Origin: a virus
Strand: one strand, 5' to 3'
IMG/VR virus record: IMGVR_UViG_3300033516_000084
Span: 36,967-100,966 of that record
DNA length: 64,000 nucleotides
The notes beneath the pieces were generated by a model. The model was not told where the DNA came from, searched no databases, and saw only the letters and a program-made list of their open reading frames with translations. This document shows positions 27,930-37,100 of this stretch, one piece after another. Both the position numbers and the translations under genes were made by a program. The stretch's first letter is position 1. Each line of letters opens with the position of its first letter.

Positions 27930-28901
27930 TTAGTGAGGGTACAAAAGGTTAATTACTTTCATACTCCAGCTACTATCAATAGCCCTGATCACAATACCCT
28001 CACCGTGTTTTCCGTTAGGGTATTTGACTTCTGCCATTTTGCGAAGGACATCCTCCTTGGCCTCCGCTATTCTGAACTCGGTGCCCTTTACCATGTGAAT
28101 AACCGGGGCCACTGGAATGCCAATCTTCCTGCACACTATCCTAAAGTCAATGTCATCCACCTTTTTGTGCTGAGTCCAGTCATACAGGGTGAATGCATAG
28201 CCATCAATAGCTGGTAGTCCCATAGGGTTGCTTTGGATGCCCGGACCAACGACTTCAAACTGTAAGGCCATGCCCGGTGGCAGCTTGGACATGTCGTATT
28301 TGCGGGCCACCCTCCAGTAGCTGTTACCTGCACCGGTGGCGTTGAACTCTCTTAGCTCTAGATTGCGACTGGCCACATGTAGGTTTCCTTGTTCGTCATT
28401 CCAAGCCGTACAGCTACTACCATCACACTTCAGGGTTACTACCCATGTTTCAGTAGCCATTCGCTCAACCAACTCGGGTACGGTCTGGAAGTTTGGTTCA
28501 TCTGTTTTTGGGATAAACGAGGGGAAGTTTCCTATGGCCTCACCGGTCATACTCTCTGGCAGCGGCTTGCTGTACTTGGTTACCCCAAGTTCTTTAGATA
28601 GGTCGTACCCCGGTTCTTCTGCTGGTGCTCCCGCAACAATCACGCACTCGGAGGGCACGCCCTTAAACCGGGCCATCCTCACCCTCCATTTATGACGTTC
28701 CATAAACGGCCACCTGTCGCTTGGGGGCAGCAGCGCATCCTGTAGAAACACGGTCACTAGTTCATTGAGGTGGTGGTCGAGTCCGACTACCCCCACCCAC
28801 TTACCGGCTGGGCCGCATACTACGGTTGCCTTCAAGATTTTGTCAGCGTTGGCAATGGGTTCCAACGCTACAATTTTTCCAATTACTGCCACTTCTGCCA
28901 T
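27930..28901 (-). CDS. RNA ligase (Rnl2 / DRB0094-like)
   Basis: N-terminal OB-like LEPIANADKI; motif I KCDGSS; FEVVGPGIQSNP; EGIVIR; KVIN. Confidence 0.88.
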   Translation of the reverse strand: MAEVAVIGKIVALEPIANADKILKATVVCGPAGKWVGVVGLDHHLNELVTVFLQDALLPPSDRWPFMERHKWRVRMARFKGVPSECVIVAGAPAEEPGYDLSKELGVTKYSKPLPESMTGEAIGNFPSFIPKTDEPNFQTVPELVERMATETWVVTLKCDGSSCTAWNDEQGNLHVASRNLELREFNATGAGNSYWRVARKYDMSKLPPGMALQFEVVGPGIQSNPMGLPAIDGYAFTLYDWTQHKKVDDIDFRIVCRKIGIPVAPVIHMVKGTEFRIAEAKEDVLRKMAEVKYPNGKHGEGIVIRAIDSSWSMKVINLLYPH

Positions 28902-28910
28902 GATAATTCC

Positions 28911-29216
28911 TTACAATTTTTTGAACTCAGAGATTGTACGGTCTTCGGGGAACCCCTTGAACACGATACCGGATACGGATTCAAGGATGACCACACTGCC
29001 CTTTATGTCGTAGGCCCCCTCAAACTCTGGCCTTCCCTCAAGGGTATAGAGTACGTCCAGCTTGTTGGGGTAGTCCTCATACAGCTCTTCCAGCGTAGTG
29101 TACCCGTTGTCTGTGAAGGTTCCATACGAGTTACTCACACTGAGGCCAAAAGTGAATGGCTCGTTTGAGCCAGCAATCCGGCTCTCGGTGATCGAAATGT
29201 ACAACATGTTTGACAT
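28911..29216 (-). CDS. hypothetical protein
   Basis: AAGGAG RBS; 101 aa. Confidence 0.6.
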   Translation of the reverse strand: MSNMLYISITESRIAGSNEPFTFGLSVSNSYGTFTDNGYTTLEELYEDYPNKLDVLYTLEGRPEFEGAYDIKGSVVILESVSGIVFKGFPEDRTISEFKKL

Positions 29217-29458
29217 ACTAGCTCCTTATTTCTTATAAAGGCGTGAATAAAACAGGTCTTGGGTAGCCGATGGAAGGGCCATGAACTCACAGCTTTGATC
29301 GTGGTACATGACCAGCAACTGCTGGTATTCGTGGTTCGTGAGGCGCGTGGTGAGAGGCATTTTCAATCCTTTGAAGTTTGGTTGGTAAGCCTATAGTATA
29401 GCGCAGTTTGTCTAGGTTTACAGGCTTTTTGAAAATATATTTAGTGCAATTGATTGCA

Positions 29459-30055
29459 CTACTCTTGGACTCTGACCCGCAGAGGGGTCTCCTCCTCATA
29501 AGGCTCTGAAATGGTGATCGAGGTAGTCACTTCATTAGCTTCTTTCACTTCCTCTTCAATCGTACCCCGCAGTGCTGCCGTGGTGTCCACACGTTTCTCT
29601 AACCGAAACCTGAATCCGATTACCAGTCTGTCGCCAATGGTGTAGGCCCATACCCTCACCCCCCCAACGAGGTTACCCATCACGGCTATCTTATGAAAGT
29701 AGTTGCCTGTTACCGGGTTCTTCAATGTGCCTCGGCCCCCAAGGGTGTAGGAGTTAGTCAGGTACTTGTAAATGTCCCCAAGCATTATCTCCTGTAGGTC
29801 GATAGAACTGATCAAGAACTCCATCTTAGAGAACTTGGACATGATGGTCTCAGAAAAAGTCGCTGCTAGACCGAACCGGTGAATCCCCTTTACAAGGGCA
29901 TAGGCCGGGTGTCCGTAGTAGTTAAATATCCTATCATCACAGATAGATGCATGAATATCCGAGCCCCCATCAAAAGACACACTAGGAAACAGGTGATGGC
30001 ATAGGGCGGCCACAGAGGGCTCTTTATCTGATTTATAGCCCATTGGTGGCCTCAC
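29459..30055 (-). CDS. hypothetical protein
   Basis: Overlaps the end of the AAA ATPase gene. Confidence 0.6.
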   Translation of the reverse strand: MRPPMGYKSDKEPSVAALCHHLFPSVSFDGGSDIHASICDDRIFNYYGHPAYALVKGIHRFGLAATFSETIMSKFSKMEFLISSIDLQEIMLGDIYKYLTNSYTLGGRGTLKNPVTGNYFHKIAVMGNLVGGVRVWAYTIGDRLVIGFRFRLEKRVDTTAALRGTIEEEVKEANEVTTSITISEPYEEETPLRVRVQE

Positions 30056-32078
30056 GTACCATGACCTTTACCATGGACTTTACAGACTTTACCACTACCA
30101 CCTGGGGTACTGGGTCTCCGGGAATAAACAGGGTTTTCATATCATCTTTCAACTTCTGCTGTAGGTGTGCCGGTATGTCACGTAGTTCTCCCCACAATTT
30201 CAGGGCCAGGGTCTTGTAAATGTGGGCCGCGAACTCCACGGCTTCCATCCATGACTCAAGGCCCTTGAACACCATCACCTCGTCAATACGTCCCTCACGG
30301 TACAACTCCTTGGGGATTGATTCCCGACAGTTGGTGGTCATGACCGTGAATACCCGTGACTCATGTTCCTGTAGCCACCACAAAAGTGTACCTAGTAAGC
30401 TGGTGGTAACCCCTGAATCGCTCTGTGAACTAAAGGCTTTCTCTGCCTCGTCAAGCAACAGGATGCACGGGCCTAGGCTGTCTACCTGGGATAGGGCGGC
30501 ATTAAGACCAGCCTCACTACCACCCACATACTTGTCTTTTAACGACCCAATATCTAGGTGGTACAGGGGCACACCCCACTGGTTGGCGATAAATTTGGAG
30601 GCAGCGGATTTTCCTGTATTGTGAACAATAAATCCGTCAGCCACAAAGTTATGTGCAGGGGCTTCCATTTGAATGTCATAGGTTAGCAACTCTCCAACTG
30701 GTTGGAAAGCAACAATAGTATCTAGTACAAAGTACTCGGTTTTGAAGTTCTTTTGATTCTCCAGCCCGTGATAGGTAGCGTGCTCTTTTTTGGTAAAAAC
30801 CATCAAATTACTAAGAGAATCATTCAACTTATTCTCGTCGCGGTGGTGTACCTCCTGATCACTGGTAAGGAATATAAGACCCTCCATCTGATTAGTATCC
30901 AGTCGGGTGCGGTACTCGTCCACGCTGAGACCATTCATATGGGCTTCCACTACTAACCGGGAAAAATGGAGCCTCTTATAGAGGTACCCGTCCACCACCT
31001 TAGTACCTGCAACAGGATGGTGTTTAACGCAGACCTCTTTCCTATGGATAAGCCGCTTAGCCCTATCTGTTGTCCCTGTGGGACACATACTACCCTTCAT
31101 ACGCACCAAATCTCCGGGCTTCAAAGTTTGGGCTTCTACAAAAATACCTTTATCGTTACACACAGGATGGTCTGCTGTAAGCACAATACTATTACCAGCT
31201 TGCGTAGCTAGCTTAAAGCAGGGTTTTACCCCCGAGGTAACGATAGCTACTACCCTATTGTAAAATAGAACACCGTCTTCCCCCATAGAATGCAGGTAAG
31301 TTGGCTCATTTTTTAGCCTAACAGGGTTCTTACCACAAGGTAGGCCATTGAATCTTAAATACAGGTCTTTCATTAGTATAGGGCGACCCCCTGGCCTTGC
31401 ACCCCTTTTGTATATAAGCTCCGTGTCCCCTGATAAACACCCAGGATTGCCATCGAACAACAACCCCCTGGGTGTGAGACTTGGTAGCACCGGTTTTGTG
31501 AAAAACAGACCGTTATCTTCTAGCCAGTTCTCAAGGTAGGACGGGCATTGGTAAAAGTCATAGGCGGTATCAATCTGTACCAGTCCTTTCAACTTGCTGA
31601 TATAGCTTTTCCGGGTGTCGTTGATTTCTCGGGCGGTAACTTTACCAGACCGTTTTAGGGTAATTCGCGTGGCCTCGTACATCTCTTTCAAGGTCATCCC
31701 GCTAAAGGCTGGCAGGGCTTCCTCTGTCAATGCCGGGTCATCCATTAACGTACTCAGGTACTCCAGCATCATCTGGCGTGGTGGTAGCATGGCCCCACCT
31801 GAAAAATGCAGTACCGAGGGTTTGGTGTTTACGAACACCAAGCACTTACCCTTGGATTTGAACTCCATGTACATCTGAGGTGTCGATAGCTCTGCTGATG
31901 TGTAGTAAATGTCGTTCTTCAACATACCCACTGTACCATCTGCGCCCGCAGACTGCGGCATCGGGTAGGTTTGCTCTCCGGCAATGTACGACAGTACCTC
32001 CTGTACATGTAATAAGTCCGTGGTGGTCACATGAATGAACGGCAACTTTGACTTCAGTGCTTGTTCTAGAATATCCAT
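30033..32078 (-). CDS. AAA+ ATPase (Ycf46/Cdc48-like) with an intein in Walker A
   Basis: GLLFDGNPG|TGKS; Walker B ILLLDEAEK; MTTN; PKELYREGRID. Confidence 0.9.
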   Translation of the reverse strand: MDILEQALKSKLPFIHVTTTDLLHVQEVLSYIAGEQTYPMPQSAGADGTVGMLKNDIYYTSAELSTPQMYMEFKSKGKCLVFVNTKPSVLHFSGGAMLPPRQMMLEYLSTLMDDPALTEEALPAFSGMTLKEMYEATRITLKRSGKVTAREINDTRKSYISKLKGLVQIDTAYDFYQCPSYLENWLEDNGLFFTKPVLPSLTPRGLLFDGNPGCLSGDTELIYKRGARPGGRPILMKDLYLRFNGLPCGKNPVRLKNEPTYLHSMGEDGVLFYNRVVAIVTSGVKPCFKLATQAGNSIVLTADHPVCNDKGIFVEAQTLKPGDLVRMKGSMCPTGTTDRAKRLIHRKEVCVKHHPVAGTKVVDGYLYKRLHFSRLVVEAHMNGLSVDEYRTRLDTNQMEGLIFLTSDQEVHHRDENKLNDSLSNLMVFTKKEHATYHGLENQKNFKTEYFVLDTIVAFQPVGELLTYDIQMEAPAHNFVADGFIVHNTGKSAASKFIANQWGVPLYHLDIGSLKDKYVGGSEAGLNAALSQVDSLGPCILLLDEAEKAFSSQSDSGVTTSLLGTLLWWLQEHESRVFTVMTTNCRESIPKELYREGRIDEVMVFKGLESWMEAVEFAAHIYKTLALKLWGELRDIPAHLQQKLKDDMKTLFIPGDPVPQVVVVKSVKSMVKVMVREATNGL
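30618..31439 (-). mobile_element. intein carrying an HNH domain
   Basis: Begins CLSGDTEL; LTADH; VHHRDENKLNDSLSNL; ends IVHN followed by Thr; 274 aa. Confidence 0.9.
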
Positions 32079-32154
32079 TTTCACTCCGTTGAGGGTTGGT
32101 AAGAGCTAATTATATCAGGTTTTGTCAAGGAATTGGCAGCACCTGCTAATATAG

Positions 32155-32346
32155 TTAGCTCAATTGATTGCATGGGTCTCTGGTATCTTGGCAAGCGTAC
32201 ACCTCTCCAAGATATTCCTTGTAAGGCATCGGGGACTTCTTGACCGCCTCTTGTGGTGAGGTGGCTAATACATCGGCAATGGCCCTGCCTTCTGGTGCCC
32301 AGTACAACCGGTACAGGCGTGGTGGGTGTTTTTCTGGCTGGCTCAT
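32155..32346 (-). CDS. hypothetical protein
   Basis: Translationally coupled small ORF. Confidence 0.5.
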   Translation of the reverse strand: MSQPEKHPPRLYRLYWAPEGRAIADVLATSPQEAVKKSPMPYKEYLGEVYACQDTRDPCNQLS

Positions 32347-32534
32347 GACATGCTCAGTAGAACTTGGAGTAACTGTTGCTCATCGGCAATGACTTCCTCA
32401 TCACGCCCCTTGGGGGTTGCCGCGATCTTTTCCGCTAAAAATAGAGCTGGTTTACTCTGTTCTCCAAAGAAAGACTTGGCTAGGTCATACCAATTACCTA
32501 GGGTTGAATCTACACCGGTTGACATTTGTTGCAT
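32343..32534 (-). CDS. hypothetical protein
   Basis: MSTGVDSTLGNW...FGE...FL..KI..GRDEEVIADE.Q. Confidence 0.55.
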   Translation of the reverse strand: MQQMSTGVDSTLGNWYDLAKSFFGEQSKPALFLAEKIAATPKGRDEEVIADEQQLLQVLLSMS

Positions 32535-32547
32535 AGGGTACTTTCTG

Positions 32548-32764
32548 TTATGGGGTTGAGGGCGTTGACTCAGCCGAAAAGAACCGGCCACCGCGCCCGG
32601 CAGGCTTGACCGTGAACGGGTTGAAGCTCATTTTCTCACCAAGCCGTGCCCATGCGCGATTTGCATTTTCCTGCACACTGGAGGGTGTACCGCACTGGAG
32701 CATGATCATGGACTCCATCAAGGACACTAGGTCATCTCCTGTCATTTCAAAAAGAAGTCTCATA
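32548..32764 (-). CDS. hypothetical protein
   Basis: QENANRAWARLGEKM.F...TV.P; RBS upstream of ATG 32764. Confidence 0.55.
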
Positions 32765-32770
32765 GGTTCC

Positions 32771-33145
32771 TTAGATAACAAGGTTTTTGATGCCAACCAT
32801 GTAGGTAGGTGGTGTGGGCATGGCCTCTGTGGTATTTCTCCACAGGTGTAAGCAGTAGGGATGGTTGTTCACATACGCCGACTCTGGTGGGTGGTACTGT
32901 ACTACGCAGTCTTCTGGGCCCCAGAACAGGGATTTGATCTTGCACATCTCCTCCCATGTTGGGCAGCGCAGGGGTAGGCTCACGCTAACGTGTTCCCACC
33001 CCTGCTCGTCGCTGGCTACCACGGTAAAGGGGACGGATGCCCCATTTTCTCTATGGGGTAATCGGAACATCCCGTTGTTACCATAGGACTTGTCGGATTT
33101 CATAGGCCCGGTTATCATCCGGCGCTCTTCTGGTACAGTAAACAT
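32771..33145 (-). CDS. conserved phage hypothetical protein
   Basis: GWEHVSVS...PTWEEMC.IK.LFW...QYHPP...YVNNHPYCLHLW. Confidence 0.75.
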   Translation of the reverse strand: MFTVPEERRMITGPMKSDKSYGNNGMFRLPHRENGASVPFTVVASDEQGWEHVSVSLPLRCPTWEEMCKIKSLFWGPEDCVVQYHPPESAYVNNHPYCLHLWRNTTEAMPTPPTYMVGIKNLVI

Positions 33146-33471
33146 TAGGAGGGCACTCCTTGGGTGCGTGAATCGGCAATGGTCAACAGTTGCCCGGCAT
33201 ATTTGAGGATGATCTTGCGGGCGTACACCATCTGCTTTTCGGTGAGAGCCATTCCTCTCAACAATCTCTGTGCGAAGCTGGACATAATTTCGGCGTGGAC
33301 ACCTGAGTACCCCACCCCATTGTTTTCCTTGGTAGAGAGCGTGGCCTGCTCACTCTCGGTCTGGCGCTGGTAGATTGCCACTACGCCGCGCTGTACGGCC
33401 CGGTCATTGGTAAGCAGCAATTCCTTGATCTGCTGTTTACGATCTTTCTTGGTTTTGGCAGGTGTCCACAT
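33145..33471 (-). CDS. conserved phage hypothetical protein
   Basis: YQRQTESEQ...NGVG...LTEKQ...KYAGQL; class II promoter. Confidence 0.75.
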   Translation of the reverse strand: MWTPAKTKKDRKQQIKELLLTNDRAVQRGVVAIYQRQTESEQATLSTKENNGVGYSGVHAEIMSSFAQRLLRGMALTEKQMVYARKIILKYAGQLLTIADSRTQGVPS

Positions 33472-33564
33472 TTTTTCAATCCTTTGAAGGTTGGTTGTTT
33501 GGGGTAAGCCTGTATTATATATCAGTTTATCAAGGTTTACAGGCTTTTTGAAAATATATTTTGG

Positions 33565-33864
33565 CTACTTGGAGTTGCGTCTATTGGCGTTTTGTTCGGT
33601 AACCGTAGCCCACTTACAATTTTTGGCACTATAACCTTTATTATTGTCTATTCTTTCTAGCGTCATATTTTTTGGGCGTGGGCCAAGGTCTTTCCTGAAC
33701 TGCTCGAAAGAGTCCCACTCCTTACTACAGGTGATACCCCGGCCACCGTACTCTGAGTACCAGTCGTCTTTAGGGTTTTGGCAACGCTGGCGCATGGACT
33801 TCCAGCATTCGTAGCTGGAATAGTCTGCGTTGTTTTTATCAACTTTGAATAGGTAGGCGAACAT
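33565..33864 (-). CDS. minimal HNH endonuclease
   Basis: [32 protein letters not shown]. Confidence 0.8.
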   Translation of the reverse strand: MFAYLFKVDKNNADYSSYECWKSMRQRCQNPKDDWYSEYGGRGITCSKEWDSFEQFRKDLGPRPKNMTLERIDNNKGYSAKNCKWATVTEQNANRRNSK

Positions 33865-34109
33865 CTTGGGTCTCTAGGTGGTGGATTGTGCGCTATTGTA
33901 CCAACACCTAAAGAGCCTTACTACCCCTAATACGGAGCTATACCTGGGATGGGGCGGGCAAAAGAGTACGCTTTCCATGCGTGGTTCGTGGGCAGTAGCT
34001 CGGGTGGTAGCTGTACCACTTTTTGGGCCGGTACCTCGGGTGGGGGCAGCGGTTTGGTGTTTTGAGTGTTCATCAGTGGTCCTGTTAAAAGTTGTGCAAT
34101 TGATTGCGC

Positions 34110-37100
34110 TTACCAAGTCCTAGTGATTTTCACATCAACAAGACTTCCCATCGAAGGCCCCATTTTACAATCAGCCAGGAACCGGGTCTGGGGCTCCCAA
34201 CCAACTTTATGAAAGGGTAGGCATTCCATACCCTCCACGACTTTATGTGCAAAGTACTCCCATTTGTCCTCGGGTGCGTAAACATAACTTGCATCGTGGA
34301 TGGCCCCAAAACAAGGGGCTTCAGCATACATCCCGGTACGTACCTGCTCTGAGATAGCCCAGATCATCATATCCGATAGGCATCCTTGTACCCCGCTGTT
34401 GATCGCCCTGCGCTCCTCCTGCGCCCGTATCTCTTGGCGTGGGCTATTGATTAGCGGTAGGTGGCGAACCCTGCCCAACGGACTGATGATATACCCATGG
34501 TTCTTAGCAAAGGTCTTGTACGTGTGGTGGTAGGCCAGCAACTGCGGATAGGTCTCAAAAAATACGTTGCGGGCGTGGGTAGCCTCTTCCAGGGTCATAA
34601 CCACCCCGTACCCGGTTCTGGCGTAGTCCATGAACCCTGGGGCCCCCATTCCGTAAAGAAGTCCGAACACCATGGCCTTGGCCTTTTGGCGTAGCTCACC
34701 ATAGCGTTCTTTGTCCGTCTTCTTAAGCTCCATCATCTGCTCATAGGTCAACCCTGCGGCTGTGGCTCCGGTGTAGGCGTGTAAATCCATGCCCTTGGAA
34801 AACGCGGTAAGCATGGCCTGCTCATTAGCCATACATGCGGCTACCCGTACCTCACCAGCACTATAGTCACTCTCAAGGACTACGAACCCAGGTGGGGCGG
34901 TATAGCACTTGCGGATTCGCTTACCCCATGTGGTATGTTTTGGGATTGTATTGTGGACAACGATACCGTTAGCCACGAAACTATGACTATCTTCAATGGT
35001 TAAGTCGAATGTCTCTTCGGCAGGAACCTCTTCTATACTAAGGATGGTATCTTTGGTAAACCCTGCTTCTTTGGCCTCACTGGTGTGGTGAACACCGCTT
35101 CCACACTCCACCCTAGACCAAGCCTGCCGTTTATCACTTGGGGGGACATACCAAGCTCTCTCCCCCATACGGATTTGCTCTTCGTAACCCCGTTGTACTC
35201 CAGCATGGCGCTGTTTCTCTTGTTCGTACCTTGCTCCAAGGGGGTAGCCCATCTGCAATTGATTGCACTGTAATCCCCATTCACATCCATTCGGTCTAAG
35301 GACATACCCATAGGTTTGTCCCCCATATCCGCCAAAAAGGTCTCGAATGAATGTAACCACTCCGGGCAAACCGCAATTCCACGACCCCCATAGCCCTTGT
35401 AGCCATCCACCTTTGGGTTGTAGCATCGGTTTTTCATACTGTGCCACGTTGAGTATGTCGAAGATACTTTTAGACCCTCTGATCTTCCACTGGAGTGCCC
35501 ATGTGTTGCAATAGTTTTGCACCCACATGATCTTGCTTTCCCACTGGTTAGGTAATCTGCACGAAGCTCCTTTACCGAACCACACTGGCATTTGCACTTT
35601 ACCCAATGCCTCCCCTGTATCATCCCCACGTCCTCCACTAGTAGTAGCATACCCACTGTTTTCCCTATACCCAAGTAAGGATGTTTCATCAAAAAATCTC
35701 CAAGTTATATCACCAACTTTCAACCAGTCAGCCCTAACAAACCCAGAATCCGTTAGTAGTGGGTGGTTCCCTGTACATTCAAGAACTGCCCCTGACTTGG
35801 TGGTTATCTTCAACAGAGGCTGTACGCCATTACGGTATACACCTACTACAGGCTTCCATTCCCCTGTATGGGTTAGAACCATATAAGGTTTCCCCTGTTC
35901 ATACCCATCTACCATAGATTGAATGCTCGACCAACCATCCTTATTATACACTAGTGTAGAACCCTTACAACATTGGAAGGCTGGTCCTGTGCAAGATAAT
36001 CGCCCTGTATTATGAGTCATAATACCACCAGTTACGTGACTATGGTCTTTTTCTACGGTCACCCCATAGGTAGGTTCTGGTGGTAGGTGCTTAATATCTG
36101 TTACAAAAATCCCCTTAAAAGTTGACAGTGGGCCGACATGGTTTTTTGTCTCCCAACGCTGCCCTGAAAGAACCATCCCTATGAGCCTATGGCTAACCCC
36201 AAAAATGTGGCCTAACTCCTTTTGGGTTGGCCCCCCATCAGCCACAGGTTTGGAGCTACGGATAATAGACACTATAGAGGGGGTTAGCTTAGCCTCATCA
36301 CCCACACGTTTTGTAAGAGTACCGTGCTTTACAGCATCTAAATGATCTTCTTTGGAGGTACCGTATGCCAGATTGGTAAGGGTATTATCCCATGCAATAC
36401 CATTAAGGTGCCGCACTTCCAGCCCGTTAGCCGCACCTAGAAAAGCAGTAGCCACTAATTTGTGTACTGCAAAATCCATACGGTCTTCGCCTCTGGTTTG
36501 TGACCCGTTACGGTATAGACACACTTTCAGGTGCCCCCATTTTCCTTTAGGATTTTGAGTAAGTACTCGCTTAGTTTTTTTGTTAAAAACCCTCCCCCAC
36601 GTACTCACTTCAAAATCAACCCAATTGTGAATAGGTGCCCACACCTCTGTGTCAGAGTGTGCCCATGCTTGCATACCGACCTCTAAATCCTCAGCATTTA
36701 CCCACGTATCTCTTATTCTATAAGGATGGTTGGGGGTTGTTTTAAGCACTAGACCATTACTCATAGTGACTTGGATTATCGGCTGAACTCCGTTAAAAAC
36801 GGTTTCTGTTACCGGGTGTTGTTCACCTGTGTGAGTGATAACCAGATTACCTGCCACCACATTCTCTATGGGAATGTACCCTTTGTTGGTCAACACCAAT
36901 TCCCCTGCTGGCAGACAAACCGTACCTTCTCCACTGCGCTCCTTATCCCCTGAGTAAAAAATATAGGTCGGGTGTAGCCTACCATCTGACCGTATATGTT
37001 TACCAAAACCTACTATATAAGTAGATAAGGTTTTAGTGGTACTAGAAAACTCACTCATCAGTTCAACAAATTCCTTGGCCTCTGGTACATCTTTGAACAT

